A stretch of 32,000 bases of DNA, taken from contig NC_017856.1 of assembly GCF_000260965.1 (NCBI RefSeq), forward strand, positions 480,001 to 512,000, in the 5' to 3' direction. Shown here piece by piece: positions 27,937-32,000 of the stretch. Source of the DNA: Methylophaga frappieri. GTDB taxonomy: Bacteria > Pseudomonadota > Gammaproteobacteria > Nitrosococcales > Methylophagaceae. The notes below the pieces were generated by a model. That model saw nothing but the letters and a program-made list of their open reading frames with translations. It was not told the origin of the DNA and made no database searches. The number at the start of each line of letters is the position of its first letter. Positions within the stretch are counted from its first letter, which is position 1. The position numbers and the translations under genes were made by a program.

Positions 27937-29847
27937 CTAATCAGAGTTACTTTTCACTTCAAGTATGCTAATTGCCTTCCAGCCCCATTCTGACCTTTTC
28001 TTATTGTAATTTAGAACTGCATAGCCAGTTACAAAGTCGCCATCAATAATGCTATTTTCTCTTATCAAAGGCGGTGGAATGAATATTCCATCATCGGTGA
28101 ACCCCATACCATTTTCTTCTCGAATATCGTCGCTAAAAGGCTTCAAGATGCTGCTTGGAATCGGGTTTGTTGTTTTGGAAGATGTAAGTACCCTGTAACG
28201 GGTTCCTTGCCTGCTCGTGTACTTGGCTAAACGTAATGAAATTGCATCGCCTTCTTTGAACCTTTCAGACAGATCTGAAAAATGAATTACGCCATCAATT
28301 GTTCTACTAATCATAAAGTGTATTAGCTTTTTGCTTGTATTGACGTGATCTACAATTCCAATTTGCTGCTCGAAAATATCCCAGTGATCATTTGATGATC
28401 GATGCTCAATTGCATACACTTGGAAGCGGTTTTCTCTATCAAGCTCGCCCTTGATTTTTAACGCGGCCCCTGGTTTACCAGCATCAAAAGTTAGTTTTGA
28501 TTCAGGAATTGTGACTTCCATCGGTAATGAACTTGATTGAACGTAAAGTTTGCGTTTAGCTTTATCTTTTTTTCCTTCGATAAAAAATTTGTCGCCTAGC
28601 ACTGCATTTATCCATGGTAAATCACTGTATAAAAGCTCCTCTGCATGGGTGGCTTTATCTAAGTAGAGCTGATGATTCGATTTACTGCTGATAGCGCCTT
28701 GATACCAAGTACTGCGCATGAGTATCTCTGCTGATTCAGGGATTTTTTGATTGTTCTCTGATCGATAGTTGACAAGTTTATCAATTTCCAATTTGGCTTC
28801 TGAAGCTAGGCCGATTTTTGAAAGGAGTTCCGCAAGCTTGATTTTAACTTTGCCAACAAAATTAATATCTTTTGAGCAAAGTAATGCCTTGCAGTAACAA
28901 GAAATTGCCAGATCGAGAGAGTTTGATTGATGAATATCTCCGAGAAGCTCCCATGCCCAGTAGTCGTTGATCTTATTTTTGACAACTTCTAGACCATAGG
29001 AAAAAGCTTCATTACTTTGCTTTGTTGCCATCAATGCTCTGGCCTTGCTCAGTTTCAGCCAGATATTATCTGGGTATCTATTAATACAATCATTGATATA
29101 GGGGAGTAGATAGATTAATTCTTCGTATGCGTCATTCGTGAAGGAATCTTTACTGGCGTGTTGAATAACACGTTCTGCTAGAGACGGGTATGAATTTCCG
29201 TCATCGGAAATATATGGGTCATAGTCCTCAGGACGAAGATTTTCTAAACCCCATATGCGAGCAAAAGCTCCCATATTTAACTTGCCTTCTTTAGCTATTT
29301 TGTCTGCTAGTTGAAGAATGCAAGTGTGCAACAAAGATGGTTTTTCCGTGTTTAGTTTGAGGTAGTCATTAATGAACCTTTTCGCGCCATTGAAATTGAC
29401 CTGCGTTTGTTCTGTCATGGCTTTTGCGACACGGTATAGCTCCCATGCTAAACCGGTTTGAACATCAATAGATTGATCTCCATTATTGTATATCCGTTTA
29501 TAAAGATTTAACGCTCCATGATGATCGCCTTGCTTGCTTAATGATTTTGCTTTGAGAATTTCTTGGCCATTGGGGTTGCTGAGCCTGAGTGCATACTCTC
29601 TTTGATCCGTTAGTATTTTGTCTGATGCATCAATATTCAAGTTTCGAAGTTGATCAGAGTAGTGGTGAATGTTTTCACTTTTTCCAGATTGTGCGTCTCT
29701 TTTAATTAAATCGATTACGCACCAAGCAAAAGCCTTTATATCCCATTCATCATTATCTGGCTTATTAATTAGCTCAATCGCCATTTTGTAGGCTTCATCA
29801 AGCTTGCCTTCCTTGCGAGTAGAAAAAACGTCCCTGCTAGTAATCAC
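27937..29847 (-). CDS. Uncharacterised 636-aa protein: TPR-like alpha-solenoid (about 1-405) plus three OB/S1/cold-shock-like beta modules (about 411-630)
   Basis: The GTG start overlaps the helicase TGA stop (GTGA), with an AAGGA RBS 8 nt upstream. TPR-like pairs include GDHHGALNLYKRIY and YWAWELLGDIHQSNSLDLAISCYCKALL. The last module, GMGFTDDGIFIPPPLIRENSIIDGDFVTGYAVLNYNKKRSEWGWKAISI, follows the cold-shock-domain pattern. Confidence 0.75.
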   Translation of the reverse strand: MITSRDVFSTRKEGKLDEAYKMAIELINKPDNDEWDIKAFAWCVIDLIKRDAQSGKSENIHHYSDQLRNLNIDASDKILTDQREYALRLSNPNGQEILKAKSLSKQGDHHGALNLYKRIYNNGDQSIDVQTGLAWELYRVAKAMTEQTQVNFNGAKRFINDYLKLNTEKPSLLHTCILQLADKIAKEGKLNMGAFARIWGLENLRPEDYDPYISDDGNSYPSLAERVIQHASKDSFTNDAYEELIYLLPYINDCINRYPDNIWLKLSKARALMATKQSNEAFSYGLEVVKNKINDYWAWELLGDIHQSNSLDLAISCYCKALLCSKDINFVGKVKIKLAELLSKIGLASEAKLEIDKLVNYRSENNQKIPESAEILMRSTWYQGAISSKSNHQLYLDKATHAEELLYSDLPWINAVLGDKFFIEGKKDKAKRKLYVQSSSLPMEVTIPESKLTFDAGKPGAALKIKGELDRENRFQVYAIEHRSSNDHWDIFEQQIGIVDHVNTSKKLIHFMISRTIDGVIHFSDLSERFKEGDAISLRLAKYTSRQGTRYRVLTSSKTTNPIPSSILKPFSDDIREENGMGFTDDGIFIPPPLIRENSIIDGDFVTGYAVLNYNKKRSEWGWKAISILEVKSNSD

Positions 29848-31658
29848 GAGCTAAGTCCTTCAGTTATAACAGTCTGAATTTCAGAAACTAACGTATCTGA
29901 TGTGCAGGAATTATTAACGGGTGCGTACTTGGTGAATTGATTTTTCCCGTTATAAAAAATGTCAATCACAGCACACTCTCCAGATTGAATAAATGTGTAG
30001 CGCTGTTTCCAATCCATTGACTCAACATTGTTGATCTTGATTCCTAGCGCACTCACAAGAGGTGTAATCCTTGAGTGAAATTCGTTCAGAAACTCTTCGT
30101 TGAACGTGAAGTCAGAGTCCGAATCTGAGGTCTCTGGAACAATGAGTATTCCATTAATAGGAGAAAGTATGTCTAGTAACCTAAGGCCAAGGTCTGATTG
30201 TGTGGGGGCGGTAATTCTCGTAATTTTTCCCTTACCGTTATAGCCGATATCTATTCGCGTGATCTCATTATTTACTTCAAAAAAATAAACTTCTAGGTAC
30301 TGACCTTGGCTAACATCTTGGATCTTTACGTCGGATCCCTTTAATAGCCTTCGAACTCGTCCTAATACCTCAAGTGAAAAGTTTGCATGGGGTGGAATGC
30401 CGAAGTTATTGTCTTCTTCTGTGTCAATGGGGTTGTCGCTAGCGTTTATATGTTGATGGTTTGACTTGGGAGTATTCTGGCTGCTTACCTTAGAGCTTAA
30501 TATATTTGGAGAGTTAACAGCTTTGATGCCAGCACCAATCTTTATATTTGGCGGGTCTAAAAGGTATAGGTTTTTTGATGTTCTGGTGATTGCCGTATAG
30601 AGCCAGCGAAAATAATCAGCGGATAGCTGACTCTGATGTGTTTTACATTTTACAAACACGTGATTCCATTCGCTGCCCTGTGCTTTATGGCAAGTAATGG
30701 CGTAGCCAAACTTAAGCCTCAAAGCATTAAAATATGAATCTGATCGAAGGGTCTCTTTGAATTCCAAACTTCCGCGCTTTAAATGTGGATGACGGATACA
30801 AAAATCCAAATACAAGGCCTTGCTCTCGTCTGAAGTAAGACCTGGATGTTCGCTGTAAAGTAAGTCTTCTAGAATTTTTGCGTTGAAGAAATGTGGAGTT
30901 CCTTCTAAGTCTTTAAAGCCAATAATGACGTCTTTAAAAGCTAGCGAAACTGAAATCTCTTCAACTTCGTTCGTTTCTGAGTTCTTTCTGCGCAAGGTTA
31001 TTTGTCTGCGTTCGGTTGGGCTTAAAATCTCTCTGACCAGGCCGAAGTCACCATTTGATATAAAGAACCCATAAGCATTACTGTTGCTTACAGCCATCAC
31101 TTTATCGCCCGCAGAAACCTCTGGGTTATCTGGGAAAAAATGCTGTCTTATTTTTCGATTGTAAGCAGCGACATCAGAATTAGAATGCGCAAGGACTATA
31201 GACTCTGCATTAATTTTTCTATTGCAGGATTCAAGATATACATCTAACAAGTCTGCATGGCTTACGTTGATGATGTCTGGGAAGCTTGAGTCTATTGATA
31301 GCTGGTTAAATACCCCGTTCTTTAAAGATTTACGAAGGTTTATGGAGTTTAGCATGACTCCGCTACCTGACTTTTGACGAACAACTTCAGTCAATTCAAA
31401 CAGAGTGCTTTTGATATTGTGCTCTCTAGATAGATACTTCTGGTCAAGAGCAGGAGAGAAATTCATCCCGACAGGTGGGAGCTGAGCATCATCGCCAATA
31501 AAGATTACTTTTTTTCTGTGGTCATTATGGTCTAGATTTACAAACTTGAAAAAGTCTCTGAGCAAGTAGCCAGTACCGAATCTAAAGAATTCTTCCTCAT
31601 GATATACATCTGCAATCATTGACGATTCATCAACAATGTAGACAGTATCAGCAGACAT
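29844..31658 (-). CDS. SF1 Dda/RecD-like DNA helicase, 5'-truncated, with tandem C-terminal accessory domains
   Basis: Motifs present: II (YIVDESSM), III (FIGDDAQLPPV), V/VI (GYAITCHKAQGSEWNHVFV, LYTAITRTSKNLYLL). The frame stays open upstream to 31860 and encodes motif Ia (VLAAPTGKASKV...TIHK). No Walker A and no start codon are present there. The frame enters the IS terminus at 31861 and hits a stop at 31884-31886. Confidence 0.8.
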   Translation of the reverse strand: MSADTVYIVDESSMIADVYHEEEFFRFGTGYLLRDFFKFVNLDHNDHRKKVIFIGDDAQLPPVGMNFSPALDQKYLSREHNIKSTLFELTEVVRQKSGSGVMLNSINLRKSLKNGVFNQLSIDSSFPDIINVSHADLLDVYLESCNRKINAESIVLAHSNSDVAAYNRKIRQHFFPDNPEVSAGDKVMAVSNSNAYGFFISNGDFGLVREILSPTERRQITLRRKNSETNEVEEISVSLAFKDVIIGFKDLEGTPHFFNAKILEDLLYSEHPGLTSDESKALYLDFCIRHPHLKRGSLEFKETLRSDSYFNALRLKFGYAITCHKAQGSEWNHVFVKCKTHQSQLSADYFRWLYTAITRTSKNLYLLDPPNIKIGAGIKAVNSPNILSSKVSSQNTPKSNHQHINASDNPIDTEEDNNFGIPPHANFSLEVLGRVRRLLKGSDVKIQDVSQGQYLEVYFFEVNNEITRIDIGYNGKGKITRITAPTQSDLGLRLLDILSPINGILIVPETSDSDSDFTFNEEFLNEFHSRITPLVSALGIKINNVESMDWKQRYTFIQSGECAVIDIFYNGKNQFTKYAPVNNSCTSDTLVSEIQTVITEGLSS

Positions 31659-31860
31659 TTCATTGACAGCCAGTTGAGCATAGAACTTAAATGTCTCAGA
31701 CCCATCAAGGTTGTCTTCTTTATACTCAGAAATATCTTTGAATGAATAGATTGTCTTGTGAATCGTGTAAGCGGGAGATTGTGTTTTTTTAGCAATTACT
31801 TTTGATGCCTTTCCAGTAGGCGCGGCTAGGACATAGTTTCTTCCAATAGCCCTAAAGTAC

Positions 31861-32000
31861 GTAAGCGATCTATAAACACCATTCTAGCCTGAGCCAGCAC
31901 GGCCTGTCATAGTCGCCCCTCCATTTATCGAGGGCATTCCCATGAAAAAACAGCAATGGCAAACTCATGTTAAGGCGTACAATAGCAGCGGCCTATCTAA
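31861..32000 (+). mobile_element. IS66-family insertion sequence, left end (continues beyond the window)
   Basis: The terminus begins GTAAGCG at 31861, the hallmark of IS66-family inverted repeats as I recall them. Helicase reading-frame continuity breaks exactly there. A small ORF starts 81 bp inside the end. Confidence 0.6.
31942..32000 (+). CDS. tnpA: IS66-family accessory protein TnpA (orf1), N-terminal 19 codons only
   Basis: MKKQQWQTHVKAYNSSGLS resembles the N-termini of IS66 orf1 proteins (W..H..A...SGLS pattern). The fragment is very short, so the call is weak. Confidence 0.45.
   Translation, partial: MKKQQWQTHVKAYNSSGLS

Larger units (their letters stand above)
17109..32000. mobile_element. 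SXT/R391-family integrative conjugative element, setR-proximal end (continues beyond the window)
   Basis: Diagnostic gene order next to the prfC 5' end: setR, croS-like, 4 ORFs, setD, setC, eex, then traG-traH-traF on the opposite strand, then variable DNA. TraG is 1189 aa and carries the exclusion-group motif PGE at residues 606-608. Confidence 0.88.

Noticed and set aside
1-32000. Search for CRISPR arrays, tRNA/rRNA genes or a tRNA-type integration site
   Set aside because: No regularly spaced direct repeats and no cloverleaf-like or rRNA-like stretches were seen by eye. The element junction is inside prfC, not a tRNA gene. A tRNAscan, Infernal or CRISPR-finder run would be needed to be definitive.

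Overview
The window has two parts.

**(1) Core chromosome, about 1-17.1 kb.** This looks like ordinary gammaproteobacterial chromosome.
- ccoO (partial) and ccoN.
- A long minus-strand housekeeping array: ileS-lspA-hisC-tyrA-aroA-cmk-rpsA-ihfB plus an Mth938-like gene. Several junctions show stop/start overlap.
- A DUF3579 gene, a CBS-domain gene, a YdeP/FdhF-type molybdopterin oxidoreductase, and prfC.

**(2) ICE, about 17.11 kb to the window end.** This is the setR-proximal end of an SXT/R391-family integrative conjugative element inserted in the 5' end of prfC.
- A lambda-CI-like repressor SetR, divergent from a Cro-like gene across an operator-rich 117-bp switch.
- Four small ORFs. Two of them are joined by an in-frame A_AAA_AAG -1 slippery heptamer.
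- An SLT lytic transglycosylase, the FlhDC-like activators SetD/SetC, and a 143-aa Eex candidate.
- Convergent traG-traH-traF (F-type mating-pair genes).

Upstream of traF, where this ICE family has variable hotspot HS3, the composition drops to visibly AT-rich DNA. This stretch carries a translationally coupled gene pair that I cannot assign to any named system:
- An SF1 Dda/RecD-like helicase with a tandemly duplicated C-terminal domain.
- A 636-aa TPR-like solenoid protein ending in three OB/cold-shock-like barrels.

An IS66-family element (GTAAGCG terminus at 31861) cuts the helicase gene at its 5' end and removes the Walker A region. No rRNA, tRNA or CRISPR array was seen. All calls come from reading the sequence and ORF translations; no searches were run.
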